Part shown: positions 1 to 10,594 of the stretch, piece by piece | Layout: each line of letters begins with the position of its first letter | Position numbering within the stretch: position 1 is the stretch's first letter | Translations under genes and position numbers: made by a program | The notes under the pieces: model-generated | What the model was told of the DNA's origin: nothing | Databases searched by the model: none | Seen by the model: the letters and a program-made list of their open reading frames with translations, nothing else | From: a virus | Taxonomy: Duplodnaviria; Caudoviricetes | Virus record (IMG/VR): IMGVR_UViG_3300013383_000004 | Coordinates: 32,756 to 96,755 of that record | Length of the DNA stretch: 64,000 nucleotides | Reading direction: 5' to 3' (one strand)

Positions 1-28
1 AAAAATCATTATTAGAAGACGGGATATT

Positions 29-298
29 ATGATACAACAATTAGTAAACACTCTTAATAATGTTTTGAAAGGCAGTAATTTAATTCTTCATATTGAGGAG
101 GAACAAGGTAGAAGTATTAAATCCATAGTGTATGTTACTTATTCTGTTTATATTAATACAAAGAGTAATCCTAAACCAATAAAATTAGTTTCCCTCACTA
201 GAACTAAAAAATTAAATGAGGATAACTATGCTATTGAAAAGGAGTTTACAGAAAGTTTTCTTATATATATAATAAATGGAGGATTACAGAATCTATGA
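29..298 (+). CDS. hypothetical protein upstream of terminase
   Basis: 89-aa ORF; its stop overlaps the terL start (ATGA), suggesting translational coupling. Confidence 0.6.
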   Translation: MIQQLVNTLNNVLKGSNLILHIEEEQGRSIKSIVYVTYSVYINTKSNPKPIKLVSLTRTKKLNEDNYAIEKEFTESFLIYIINGGLQNL

Positions 299-2508
299 AT
301 AAATATCAAACAGAATATACCACAGAGTATTTAGATTCCTTACCTAAAGAAGTACAAGAGCAGTATTATGATTTTGTGACATCTGTACCTTATATTAAAG
401 AGTTAATATCAAATGACAGATTGTATGCTAAAGATCTTTCTAGAGATTCTGAAAATAAGATTATTATAGACGTTACTAAGCCTCATATTTTAGAAGATAC
501 TGATTATTTTAGACCTTCTGCTATTCATTTTCAAAAATATGGTTGTTATACTAAATTAAAACCTAATGCTAATCCTAATAGTGAATATGGTAAATGGATT
601 AGGGAGGAGGTTAGAAGATGTTGGGAAGGGTATATAAGACCTTCTGATGGTGAATGGGTTACAGGAGATATGTATTTTTTTCTTAATTATTGTCCCATAC
701 AACTTATTAAACATAATGCTAAAGGTAACTCTATTAGAACTATTGATTTTCCAAAGTTTTGGGATGGACATTATTATAAATCTCATTACTTGAATCAATG
801 TAGATTGAGTGGATGTCATGCTGCAGAATTAGCAAGTAGAGGTAGAGGAAAGAGTTATTTTGCAGCAGCTATGTTGGCTAAAAGATTTATACTAGGAGAA
901 TCTAAGGAAGTAAAGAAGAAAGTACAATGTGTAGCCACTGCATCAGAAAGAAAATATATTCAAGGTGCTAATCAACTGTTAGATATGTTTCAATACTATA
1001 TAGATTTTTGTGCTAATAACACTGAATTTCCTAGACAAAGAATTACCTCTTCTTTGCAGAATTTAGCATGGACTATGGGATATATAGACAGTGAAACAGG
1101 TACTAGAAGAGGTACTGAAAATAGTGTTATAGGCATTACTTCTAAGGATGATGAGTCCAAACTTAGAGGTTCCAGAGGTGTTTTATATCTCCTTGAGGAG
1201 GCAGGTTCTTTCCCTAGATTACTTAATCTTTATCAAGTGTTAAGACCTTCTGTAGAGGATGGTAATAGTGTATGGGGATTAATATATCTTTATGGTACTG
1301 CTGGTGATAATGACAGTGACTTTAGTTCTATGCAAGAATTAATGTATAATCCTGCTGGTTATAATATACATTCTATTTCTAATGTTTATGATAAAGAGGG
1401 ACAAGGTAGAAAGCAGTTTACATATTTTTTTCCTGGTTATATGAATAGGGCCGATTGTTATGATAAAGACGGTAATAGTGATGTAAACAAAGCATTGATT
1501 GAAATCCTTCTTGATAGATACAAAGTAAAGTATAATAGTACAGATATTAATGCTATTACTAAGAGAATAGCAGAGATTCCTATCACACCTCAAGAGGCTA
1601 TATTAAAGACTAAAGATAATATATTTCCTATAGTAGAGTTAACTAAAAGACTTAATGAAATAGATAACAATCCTACCTTTTTTGATGATGTTTATATAGG
1701 AGATTTAGCTTTTAATAAGCAAGGTAAAGTAATATTTGATGCTAATACTCTAGATATTCCTATTAGGAATTTTCCTATTAAGGATAACAAAGTTCAAGGA
1801 GCATTGGAAATATATGAAATGCCACAAGAAACACATGGTAAAATACCTAATGAAAGATATATTTTAAGTCTTGACAATTATGAAAATGACTCTGCTCAAT
1901 CCATGTCATTAGGTTCTATTTTTGTCCTAGATTTATGGACTGACAGAATAGTAGCTGAATATACAGGAAGACCTATGTTTGTGGATGACCTTAATGAAAT
2001 ATGTAGAAAATTATGCATATTTTATAATGGTAAAGTAATGGTAGAAAATAATAAAAAAAATACTTTTGCTTACTTTAGTAGAATGAATAGCTTACACTTA
2101 ATGGCTGATACTCCAGAATATTTAAAAAATAGGCAGATACTAAAAGCTAGTACTTTTGGTAATGCAAGTAAGGGGTGTCCTGCTACAGTGCCTGTAATAA
2201 ATTTCGCTATGGAAAGATTGAGAGATTGGTTGTTAAAGCCTATAACTACTACAGAGGAAATTAATGGTGAAGTTATATCTACTACTATTCCTAATTTACA
2301 TTTTATTAAAAATAGGGCTTTACTTAAAGAATTAATACTTTATAACCCTGCTATTAATGTAGATAGGATTATGTCTATGTGTCAACTAATGTTATATAGA
2401 GAAGAAAAAATGATTATCTATCAAGGAAATCCCCAAAAAGCAGAGAAAAGAATAAACTTTAAATATTTAGGTAATGATCCCTTCTTTACTAATAATTACA
2501 AGCAGTAA
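295..2508 (+). CDS. terL: terminase large subunit
   Basis: Walker A-like ASRGRGKS, Walker B LLEEAG, motif YGTAG, RNase H-like nuclease residues (SLDNY, VENN, NVDRIM); directly precedes portal. Confidence 0.95.
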   Translation: MNKYQTEYTTEYLDSLPKEVQEQYYDFVTSVPYIKELISNDRLYAKDLSRDSENKIIIDVTKPHILEDTDYFRPSAIHFQKYGCYTKLKPNANPNSEYGKWIREEVRRCWEGYIRPSDGEWVTGDMYFFLNYCPIQLIKHNAKGNSIRTIDFPKFWDGHYYKSHYLNQCRLSGCHAAELASRGRGKSYFAAAMLAKRFILGESKEVKKKVQCVATASERKYIQGANQLLDMFQYYIDFCANNTEFPRQRITSSLQNLAWTMGYIDSETGTRRGTENSVIGITSKDDESKLRGSRGVLYLLEEAGSFPRLLNLYQVLRPSVEDGNSVWGLIYLYGTAGDNDSDFSSMQELMYNPAGYNIHSISNVYDKEGQGRKQFTYFFPGYMNRADCYDKDGNSDVNKALIEILLDRYKVKYNSTDINAITKRIAEIPITPQEAILKTKDNIFPIVELTKRLNEIDNNPTFFDDVYIGDLAFNKQGKVIFDANTLDIPIRNFPIKDNKVQGALEIYEMPQETHGKIPNERYILSLDNYENDSAQSMSLGSIFVLDLWTDRIVAEYTGRPMFVDDLNEICRKLCIFYNGKVMVENNKKNTFAYFSRMNSLHLMADTPEYLKNRQILKASTFGNASKGCPATVPVINFAMERLRDWLLKPITTTEEINGEVISTTIPNLHFIKNRALLKELILYNPAINVDRIMSMCQLMLYREEKMIIYQGNPQKAEKRINFKYLGNDPFFTNNYKQ

Positions 2509-2544
2509 ATTTAGTAAAATGTTATTATTAAATCATTTAAACTA

Positions 2545-2575
2545 TTGTTTAATTAATTTTTTCTATGTAAATTTG
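2545..2575 (+). promoter_or_regulatory. Bacteroidetes sigmaA-type promoter for portal operon
   Basis: TTG (2545-47), 20-nt spacer, TAAATTTG (2568-75) matching the TAnnTTTG -7 box. Confidence 0.7.
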
Positions 2576-2597
2576 CAGTATATAAATATATAGAACT

Positions 2598-4991
2598 ATG
2601 AGTGAATTTTTGCAGTTTCCATCTCAGCAACTTCCTATGAGTAAGAAAACTAAGACTTGGAGAAAGCAAATTCTTGATTGGGGTTCTAGTAGAGCTACTA
2701 TTAATAGTTCATTAATTAGGAAAAGTGTTATACATAAAAGAATTAACTATGATCTATTGAATGGTATAGTGCATCTTAATGATATGGCAGCTATAATTAA
2801 TCCAAATGATATTAAGGCACAGTTTATCCCTTCAAAGATACAACATTATCCTATTATGAACTCTAAACTCAATGTTCTGAGAGGAGAGGAATCTAAAAGA
2901 GTCTTTGATTTTAGAGTTATTATCACTAACCCTAATGCAATCTCAGAAATTGAAGATAACAAGAAACAAGCTTTACTTCAGGATATACAACAAGCAGTTG
3001 CTGACACTTCTCAATCAGAGGAGGAGTTTAATGCTAAGTTGGAGAAACTAAATGATTATTATACATTTGAATGGCAAGATATGAGGGAATTAAGAGCCAA
3101 TGCTCTCCTTAATCATTATGCCAAAGAATATAATATGCCTTTATTATTTAATAGAGGTTTTGTGGATGCTATGACAGTAGCAGAAGAAATATATCTATGT
3201 GATATAGTAGGAGGTGAACCTGTTATTGAAAAGCTTAATCCTAATAAAGTCAGAATATATAAGTCTGGCTATTCTAATAGAATTGAAGATGCTGATATAG
3301 TAGTTATAGAAGACTATTGGAGTCCTGGCAGAGTAATTGATACTTACTATGATGTTCTTAGGAAGAAAGATATGGAGTATATAGAGAAACTTCCTAATAG
3401 ATTGGATCAAGGTTCTATTGACTCTATGGATAATATAGATGAAAGAGATGAGTTTATTAGAGCAGATGATACTTCTATAGGAGATGCTATTTTCAAAGAT
3501 GGATTCTTTTGGTCTCCAACAGGCAATGCTCATGGAGAGGAAAACTCAATGCTACCTTATGATATTGAAGGTAATATCAGAGTAGTAAGAATGTTTTGGA
3601 AATCCAGAAGAAGGATTAAAAAGATTAAATACTATGATGAGCAAGGGGAAGAGCAATTTAAATTTAGAGATGAAAACTATGTTACCAATAAGAATTTAGG
3701 AGAAGAAGAGCAGATTCTTTATATTAATGAAGCTTGGGAAGGTACTAAAATAGGGGAAGATATTTATGTTAATATGAGGCCTAAGACAGTACAATATAAT
3801 AGACTAAGTAATCCTTCAAGATGTCATTTTGGTATTGTTGGTTCTATTTATAATTTAAATGATGACAAGCCCTTCTCTTTGGTAGATATGATGAAGCCTT
3901 TTAACTATCTATATGATGCTATTCATGATAGACTTAATAAAATAATAGCTAAGAACTGGGGGAAAATAGTCACTCTAGATTTAGCTAAAGTTCCTACAGG
4001 ATGGGATGTAGAGAAATGGCTTTATTTTGCTAAGACTAATAGTATTGCAGTAGTAGACAGCTTTAAGGAAGGTAATATTGGTGCAGCTACAGGTAAATTA
4101 GCTGGTGCTATGAATAATGCTTCTAGTGGTGTTATTGATGCTGAATTAGGTAACTCTATACAACAGAATATTAATTTACTTGAGTTTATTAAGATGGAAA
4201 TGTCTGATGTGGCAGGTATATCTAAACAAAGAGAAGGCCAGATTTCCAATAGAGAAACTGTTGGTGGTGTAGAAAGAGCTACTCTTCAATCTTCACATAT
4301 TACAGAATGGCTGTTTGTTACACATGAAGATGTAAAGAAGAGAGTACTTGAATGTTTTCTTGAGACAGCTAAGATAGCTCTAAGAGGTAGAAGTAAGAAA
4401 TTTCAATATATCCTTTCTGATGGCTCAATGAAAGTCATGGACATTGATGGCGATGAGTTTGCTGAGTGTGACTATGGTTTAGTAGTAGATAATAGCAATG
4501 CTATACAAGAGCTTCAACAAAAGATGGATATGCTAGCTCAAGCAGCTCTACAAAATCAAACATTAAATTTCTCTACTATTATGAAATTATATAATAGTTG
4601 TTCTATGGCTGAGAAACAGAGAATTGTTGAGAGAAATGAACAAGAAATGATCCAAAGACAGCAAGAGACACAACAGCAACAGTTACAACAACAGCAACAG
4701 CAAGCTGAAATGGAAGCTCAAGCTAAGGAACAAGAGATGCAATTAAAAGACCAAATGAACCAAAGAGATAATGAGACTAAAATTCTTGTGGCTACTATAT
4801 CTGCTGATAGTAAAAATGATGGTATTGAAGAACCTACATATTCTCAAGAAGCCAAAGATAAACTAATGGAGTCAATGAGACAATTTGATGAAAGACTTAA
4901 ATTAGATAAAGAAAAACTTGAGTTTGATAAAACCAAAGCGAGAATTGATGCTCAACTTAAAAAACAAACATCTAAAATAACAAAGAAATGA
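2598..4991 (+). CDS. portal protein
   Basis: 797 aa after terL; crAss-type portal motifs (IQHYPIMN.KLNVLRGEE, GISKQREGQISNRETVGGVER); Q-rich coiled-coil C-terminus. Confidence 0.92.
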   Translation: MSEFLQFPSQQLPMSKKTKTWRKQILDWGSSRATINSSLIRKSVIHKRINYDLLNGIVHLNDMAAIINPNDIKAQFIPSKIQHYPIMNSKLNVLRGEESKRVFDFRVIITNPNAISEIEDNKKQALLQDIQQAVADTSQSEEEFNAKLEKLNDYYTFEWQDMRELRANALLNHYAKEYNMPLLFNRGFVDAMTVAEEIYLCDIVGGEPVIEKLNPNKVRIYKSGYSNRIEDADIVVIEDYWSPGRVIDTYYDVLRKKDMEYIEKLPNRLDQGSIDSMDNIDERDEFIRADDTSIGDAIFKDGFFWSPTGNAHGEENSMLPYDIEGNIRVVRMFWKSRRRIKKIKYYDEQGEEQFKFRDENYVTNKNLGEEEQILYINEAWEGTKIGEDIYVNMRPKTVQYNRLSNPSRCHFGIVGSIYNLNDDKPFSLVDMMKPFNYLYDAIHDRLNKIIAKNWGKIVTLDLAKVPTGWDVEKWLYFAKTNSIAVVDSFKEGNIGAATGKLAGAMNNASSGVIDAELGNSIQQNINLLEFIKMEMSDVAGISKQREGQISNRETVGGVERATLQSSHITEWLFVTHEDVKKRVLECFLETAKIALRGRSKKFQYILSDGSMKVMDIDGDEFAECDYGLVVDNSNAIQELQQKMDMLAQAALQNQTLNFSTIMKLYNSCSMAEKQRIVERNEQEMIQRQQETQQQQLQQQQQQAEMEAQAKEQEMQLKDQMNQRDNETKILVATISADSKNDGIEEPTYSQEAKDKLMESMRQFDERLKLDKEKLEFDKTKARIDAQLKKQTSKITKK

Positions 4992-6004
4992 AAATTTTGA
5001 AATATATTTCAGAGGGTGCAATAGAGCCCACACATAATAATTTATGGCTATATAAGGGAGAACTCAAATACTATGGAACTAATGGATGGACACCTGTACT
5101 TAGTGCTCCTTTAAACATTCCTACAGCCTCTGCTTCCACTTTAGGAGGTATTAAAATAGGTTCAGAGTTTTTAGTTAATGATAAGAAAGAACTTACTATA
5201 AAAAGTATCCCTCAGGATAAACTTCCTGTAGCTAGTATCTATAAGTATGGGGCAGTTAAGTTAGGTGACGTTGATGATTCGGGATTATATATTGATGAAT
5301 CTGATGGGACGTTAAGGATAAATCCACGTGTCGCTATCTTTTCTACAGTTTATCTTCAAATGAGTTCTTTTATTACACATATGAATAAAGTTGAGGCAGA
5401 GATAGATAAAAAAGTAGATAAAGAGTCTGGTAAAGGATTATCTACTAATGATTTTACTAATGCTTATAAAACTAAACTTGAAAATATCTCAGAAGGTGCT
5501 ACTAAGGTTATAGTAGATAGTAAATTAAATTCTGACTCTACTAATGCTATACAAAATAAAATTGTAACTTCAAGTCTTCAAGGAAAAGCTAATTTAGGAG
5601 CTGACAATAAACTATCTCCTGATGAATTTCTTTATAATATGGTTACTTGCCCACAGTTTTCGGGACTACTAGTTGATCCTGTAACACTGAATCTAATCTC
5701 ACCTCCTTCTGAAAATGGAGATGTAGTAGCCTGCGTAGAGAAAACCTCTGAAGATATAATATTTGCCTATAGAGTTGGAAACTCGGAAGGGTCTTACACA
5801 TACTATAATAACTGGTCAACACGTGCCCAATACTGTAATTCTGACTTAAGGCCTTATGAAGGTAAGCTCTATTATAATAATGCTTACGTTGGAAACCTGG
5901 CAAAAGGTCTTTGTTTAGGACACTCTGTGATGGGTATGATTGGGCCTATTATACATGCAGTCGAAACTTGCACAGAAGAAGAGATTAATAATATATTTAA
6001 ATAA
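4988..6004 (+). CDS. putative head/tail fibre protein
   Basis: Fibre repeat motifs PTASASTLGGIKIG, KVDKESGKGLSTNDFT, VDSKLNSDSTNAIQNK; position after portal. Confidence 0.65.
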   Translation: MKILKYISEGAIEPTHNNLWLYKGELKYYGTNGWTPVLSAPLNIPTASASTLGGIKIGSEFLVNDKKELTIKSIPQDKLPVASIYKYGAVKLGDVDDSGLYIDESDGTLRINPRVAIFSTVYLQMSSFITHMNKVEAEIDKKVDKESGKGLSTNDFTNAYKTKLENISEGATKVIVDSKLNSDSTNAIQNKIVTSSLQGKANLGADNKLSPDEFLYNMVTCPQFSGLLVDPVTLNLISPPSENGDVVACVEKTSEDIIFAYRVGNSEGSYTYYNNWSTRAQYCNSDLRPYEGKLYYNNAYVGNLAKGLCLGHSVMGMIGPIIHAVETCTEEEINNIFK

Positions 6005-6012
6005 TAATTATT

Positions 6013-6351
6013 ATGAAAGTAATAGATTTAAATGCACTTAAAATATTTTATACAAAGATTAAAACTGATATACTTACTTTGGTACCTGTTTTTAAAGGGC
6101 CTAGTGGTAATAAAGAAGGTGAAAGTGGCCTTGTACCAGCACCTCCAATAAATCTTGGACAGGTTTGTTTTCTAAGAGACAATGGTAATTGGCAGGAACT
6201 CCCCTCAGCAACTACTGATACTAAAGGCTGTGTAAAAGCTGCTGCTAATATAACAGATGTAGTAAATGAATCGGACCTATTAAATGCTTTTAATGCTCTC
6301 TTAGAAAGTTTAAGAAATGCAGGAATACTAAAGACAAAAATTAGTAGTTAA
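6013..6351 (+). CDS. putative head fibre protein
   Basis: GLVPAP...FLRDNGNW fibre motif and C-terminal head-fibre-like PSATT...FNALLESLRNAGIL. Confidence 0.6.
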   Translation: MKVIDLNALKIFYTKIKTDILTLVPVFKGPSGNKEGESGLVPAPPINLGQVCFLRDNGNWQELPSATTDTKGCVKAAANITDVVNESDLLNAFNALLESLRNAGILKTKISS

Positions 6352-6509
6352 ATTACATTTAATATAATAGGTTAATTTAATTTATTAATGATCCCTAATG
6401 TATTATTTTTAAAGTAAAGATATAGAAATACTGAAGTTACTTTTTACTTTAATACAAAAGCATTATGGTTTATTATTGTAAATTCATTTAAATATATAAT
6501 TATTGTAAT

Positions 6510-9437
6510 ATGTTTTTTACTAGAGAAGATATAGAAAAAATTCATCAAAGTTTATTAAGCCTTGGTGTTAAAGATAGTGAGCTTCCTTCTACTACTAATA
6601 TTAATAGTGATGATGTTTTAACTGTAGTTCAAGAAGGTAAAAATAAAAAGATTAATATTGAAGAGTTCTTTAATAATATATCTCTTTTTAAAAAAGAAGG
6701 CTTTATTAATATTACTGATAGATTTAATAAACACTCAATATCATTAATAGAAGCTATTCAAACTGTACCAGCCCATCAGAAAATAGATGGGTTGGTCATT
6801 ACATTTGAAGATATTAATAGAGACTGGAGAATATATCAGTTTAGGGGAGACACAGCAGACTTTTTTGACGAAAGTAAGTGGACTGATTTATATGATTATA
6901 CTAATTATATAGTAGATTCTATTACTCCAGATGAAGAGGATTTAACTGTCTCTAAACCTGATAAAGAGGGTAATGCTGTAGTATCCTTAAAAGACAGAGT
7001 TTATGATGAATCCAATTTTAGTGGTAAAGGATATAGAATAGTAAGAAAAAATATTTTAGAAATAGATGGTACTAGAAAAAATATCCTTACTCAAGATATG
7101 ATTAATGAACCTAATACTGTATATGAGATTAGGTATAATTTTGATTTAAATAACAAAGAGATTATTATCCCTAAAGGTTGTACATTAAAATTTAATGGTG
7201 GAAAACTAACAAATGGCAGCTGGAGATATAGTTCTAAATATAATAAAATAGTAAAAGCTTCAGAAGTAGGATTTTTAGAAGAAAACTCTAAAGGAGCCAA
7301 TATTTTTAATGGCACTTTATTTGTAAATCTAATGGCTGCAAATATAGGTATAGATTTTGAAAATAATACCTATAATTTTGAAATTACTTCTGTTACAAAT
7401 TGTAATTTTATATATATAAAAAATGGTACTATTAATATAACATTAAATAATAATACTTATTATGTGTTTAAAGTAACGAGTGACAGTAAAGACAATCCTA
7501 TTATACATATAGAGAATATTACCATTATAAATAGTGGAGTAAAAGATGTTACATCTTTGCTATTATCAGAAGATAATCTTGATTTTTATTATGACTATAT
7601 TTTATGTAAAAATAGTACTTTTAAATCTTTTGGTTTTGCTAGATTTAATTTTGGGGATTTTAATTCTGATGTGCATAAAGTAGGAGTCAGTAATACTATT
7701 ATCAGAGATTGTGTATTTCAAGATTTATTAGGTACTTTTTATATATGTAATGATGCATATTATAATAGTGTCTCTATAGAAGGAAATTATATTAGAAACA
7801 GCAAATATACTGTATTTTATTATGCTGTAACTAATGAATATAAGAACCATAACTTAGATAAGAAAGGAAAGTTTATTTTTAAGAATAATAAACATATAAA
7901 CGATTCTAATTTCTTAGCTTCATCTACAGGTGGAGGATATATATGCTCTCTTTTAATAGAGGGGAATGAAGTATATATGAGTAATAATGTATTTGAAAAC
8001 ATCAGAGCTTTTAATAATGTAGTTTATGCTTTTTATGTTTCCTCAACTTATTTTGAATGCACTAATAATACAATTAAAAATGTTTTCAATTTTAACCAAT
8101 GCACATATCCTGTTGTTAAATTAAATTATGAAAATTCATATAATGAAATATTCAAAAGCAAAGGAGGATTAGGTACTTGGGAAAAGCCAGATACTCGTAT
8201 TTTTACTAACAATACTGTTATAATTGAAAGAGACAATTATATAAATGCCATGAAGCTATCTTCTGAATTTCCAGAAGACTATGCCCATTATAATGAAGTT
8301 CAGCTTTTTACATCTTTATTTAGGCCAATGCAACCTCAGAATATAACTTTTATTAATAATGATATAAATATTGAAGGAGTATTATCATTGGCTACTTCCA
8401 CTGAAGATATTTGTAATATTAAATTTAATGATAATAGACTTAAATTTTTTAATGCTTCTATATTTAATGGTACTAACCCTCTTTCTGTCTTAGATAACAC
8501 CTATCCATATTCTTTGATTAATTCAGTACAATGTAAGTATGTTACACAATTTGAAATATGTGGGAATATCTTTGAATGTACTAATTCTAATAACTATTCT
8601 TTGTTAGCTTTTACCTCTTTTTCTGTTTTAGATTCTTTTCCAGAAGATAATTCTATAATGCAGATAAAAATCACAAATAATATTGGAAATAATGTTGTTT
8701 TTTATTTGCCACAAAGACAATTTTCATTAGAAAGTACAAAAGCAGTTAAAGATATATTAGTAGAAAATAATACAAGTAATTTATCACAAAAGACTATTCA
8801 AATTAGATCTTCATTAACACAATCTGTTTATCCTACTATAGGGAGTGTAAAAATAAAAGGGTCATATATTATAAATACTGTTTTTCTTTCTAAACTTCTA
8901 GATTTAGACTTGGATATTTCTAGGGTTATAAGTATTCAGAGCGGTGATTATAAAGCGTTATCTTTCCCATTTATTTGTCCAATATTAGATTCTGAAAATG
9001 AGTGTTATTTGTTGGAATATACAAGAAAAGATGGTATCTCAGATACTTTGGAAATATATAGAAAGAATAGGGCTATTTATGTTACGGCTAAAAATAATAT
9101 AGAAAAACCAATAAAAGAATATCTTCTATCTAACAATATATATCTTGTAATGAAATCTGATCAATCATATGCATACTCTGGTATTGTATTAAAAGAGAAA
9201 GACTCTTCTAAGATAGAAATAAGTATATGGATAGGGATTAATAATTTTTTACAATCTTTTAAGTTAAGATATTATCCATATAGAATGAATATAAAAGCCC
9301 TTAAAGGACAATCTTCTCTCAGACCATCCTTAGATACTAATGATGAAGGGTATGAATTTTATGATTCTACTCTGAAAAAGAAAATCCTATGGAATGGTTC
9401 AACGTGGACTAATTTAGATGGATCAGTATTGACATGA
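6510..9437 (+). CDS. tail fibre / tailspike with beta-helix-like central region (putative receptor-binding protein or depolymerase)
   Basis: crAss fibre N-terminus (PDEEDLT, KNILTQDMIN.PNTVYEIRY.FDLN), N/I/F-rich beta-helix-like repeats, C-terminal RP...YEFYDSTLKKKILWNGSTWTNLDG. Confidence 0.75.
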   Translation: MFFTREDIEKIHQSLLSLGVKDSELPSTTNINSDDVLTVVQEGKNKKINIEEFFNNISLFKKEGFINITDRFNKHSISLIEAIQTVPAHQKIDGLVITFEDINRDWRIYQFRGDTADFFDESKWTDLYDYTNYIVDSITPDEEDLTVSKPDKEGNAVVSLKDRVYDESNFSGKGYRIVRKNILEIDGTRKNILTQDMINEPNTVYEIRYNFDLNNKEIIIPKGCTLKFNGGKLTNGSWRYSSKYNKIVKASEVGFLEENSKGANIFNGTLFVNLMAANIGIDFENNTYNFEITSVTNCNFIYIKNGTINITLNNNTYYVFKVTSDSKDNPIIHIENITIINSGVKDVTSLLLSEDNLDFYYDYILCKNSTFKSFGFARFNFGDFNSDVHKVGVSNTIIRDCVFQDLLGTFYICNDAYYNSVSIEGNYIRNSKYTVFYYAVTNEYKNHNLDKKGKFIFKNNKHINDSNFLASSTGGGYICSLLIEGNEVYMSNNVFENIRAFNNVVYAFYVSSTYFECTNNTIKNVFNFNQCTYPVVKLNYENSYNEIFKSKGGLGTWEKPDTRIFTNNTVIIERDNYINAMKLSSEFPEDYAHYNEVQLFTSLFRPMQPQNITFINNDINIEGVLSLATSTEDICNIKFNDNRLKFFNASIFNGTNPLSVLDNTYPYSLINSVQCKYVTQFEICGNIFECTNSNNYSLLAFTSFSVLDSFPEDNSIMQIKITNNIGNNVVFYLPQRQFSLESTKAVKDILVENNTSNLSQKTIQIRSSLTQSVYPTIGSVKIKGSYIINTVFLSKLLDLDLDISRVISIQSGDYKALSFPFICPILDSENECYLLEYTRKDGISDTLEIYRKNRAIYVTAKNNIEKPIKEYLLSNNIYLVMKSDQSYAYSGIVLKEKDSSKIEISIWIGINNFLQSFKLRYYPYRMNIKALKGQSSLRPSLDTNDEGYEFYDSTLKKKILWNGSTWTNLDGSVLT

Positions 9438-10054
9438 AAAATTTAGTAATTTTATTCTTTACAATCTTTTTCTTATGTACTATATACACATTATGTCAAA
9501 AAAATATTAAACTAAATAAAGAATTATCTATAAGTAAAACTAATGAGAAAGCATTTTTATCTGAGAACTCTACTCTAAAAGATAATAATAAGGCTTTTCA
9601 ATTTACTATAGATCAGCTTAATTACTTTAATGATTCTTTATTACAAAAGATGAATGAAGTAAGAGAGAGTTTAAACATTAAAGACAAAGATGTAAAACAA
9701 ATACAATATATTACTTCAGAGGTTGTAAAAAGTGACACAGTAATATTTAGAGACACTCTATTTAGAGATACTCTATTTAAAGAAAGAAAAGTAAGTATAG
9801 ATACTATTATTGGCAATAAATGGTATCAAACAAAAATTGAGCTAAGGTATCCTAATACAATTATTACTATACCTAAATTTATTAGTGAAAAATATATAGT
9901 AGTCAATTATAAGAAAGAAACTATTAATCCCCCTAAAAAATGGTGGATTCTTAGATTATTTCAAAAAAAGCATAAAGTAGTAGAAGTTCATGTAGTGGAG
10001 AAAAACCCTTATATTACAACTAAAGAACAAAGATTTATTGAAATTATAAAGTAA
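9434..10054 (+). CDS. putative spanin (Rz-like)
   Basis: N-terminal TM segment, then coiled coil; lies in the lysis cassette; contains a 15-nt tandem duplication (FRDTL x2, ~9746-9775). Confidence 0.5.
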   Translation: MKNLVILFFTIFFLCTIYTLCQKNIKLNKELSISKTNEKAFLSENSTLKDNNKAFQFTIDQLNYFNDSLLQKMNEVRESLNIKDKDVKQIQYITSEVVKSDTVIFRDTLFRDTLFKERKVSIDTIIGNKWYQTKIELRYPNTIITIPKFISEKYIVVNYKKETINPPKKWWILRLFQKKHKVVEVHVVEKNPYITTKEQRFIEIIK

Positions 10055-10056
10055 CA

Positions 10057-10428
10057 ATGGTTAGTTTAGATATATTAGTTACGGGAGGGGTAGGAATTAC
10101 TACTACAATACTTAGTAGTTGGATTTCTTGGTTTTTTGCAAGGAAGAAATATAACTCAGAAGTAGATTTAAACTTAGTAGAAAAGATGGAAAAATCTCTA
10201 GAGTTCTATAGGTCTTTATCAGATGATAATAGGACTAGACTTGAAGAGATAACAGAAAGAAATAATGAATTAGAGAAAGAAGTGCAGGAGTTAAGAAAGC
10301 AAGTTCTAAACTTAACCATGAATATATGTATGGACTTAACTTGTGCTAATAGAGTTAGAGAAACAGTTAGAAAATATGAGAAAAATAAGAGTAGGCTCGA
10401 TGAAACAGTTAACCCTAGTAGAGGGTGA
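10057..10428 (+). CDS. putative holin-like membrane protein
   Basis: N-terminal hydrophobic segment plus coiled coil, next to endolysin. Confidence 0.45.
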   Translation: MVSLDILVTGGVGITTTILSSWISWFFARKKYNSEVDLNLVEKMEKSLEFYRSLSDDNRTRLEEITERNNELEKEVQELRKQVLNLTMNICMDLTCANRVRETVRKYEKNKSRLDETVNPSRG

Positions 10429-10594
10429 TGTTAATCTGTTGGCAAAAAATGAAATTCTTATTTCTGAAGAAGAAGGGTATACTATTCTCAGAAAGAGACT
10501 ATACAATGGTGAAATAGAAACTTATATAGTAGTACCCCTAAAAGACTTTAAGAAAGATGGAGATAGTACTGAACAGAAAGTGGAAGAAACCTAA
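10376..10594 (+). CDS. hypothetical protein
   Basis: ORF overlapping both neighbours; likely start ATG 10376 (MRKIRVG). Confidence 0.5.
   Translation: MRKIRVGSMKQLTLVEGDVNLLAKNEILISEEEGYTILRKRLYNGEIETYIVVPLKDFKKDGDSTEQKVEET

Noticed and set aside
295-2508. Intein or intron in terminase
   Set aside because: Continuous 737-aa ORF of normal size with no intein-like insertion evident
4650-4740. CAA/CAG-rich repeat in portal
   Set aside because: Ordinary Q-rich coiled-coil tail of portal proteins
6393-6468. Long imperfect hairpin or short ORF between fibre genes
   Set aside because: The stem is almost all A/T in a very AT-rich spacer, so it may be chance; the ORF is only 9 codons
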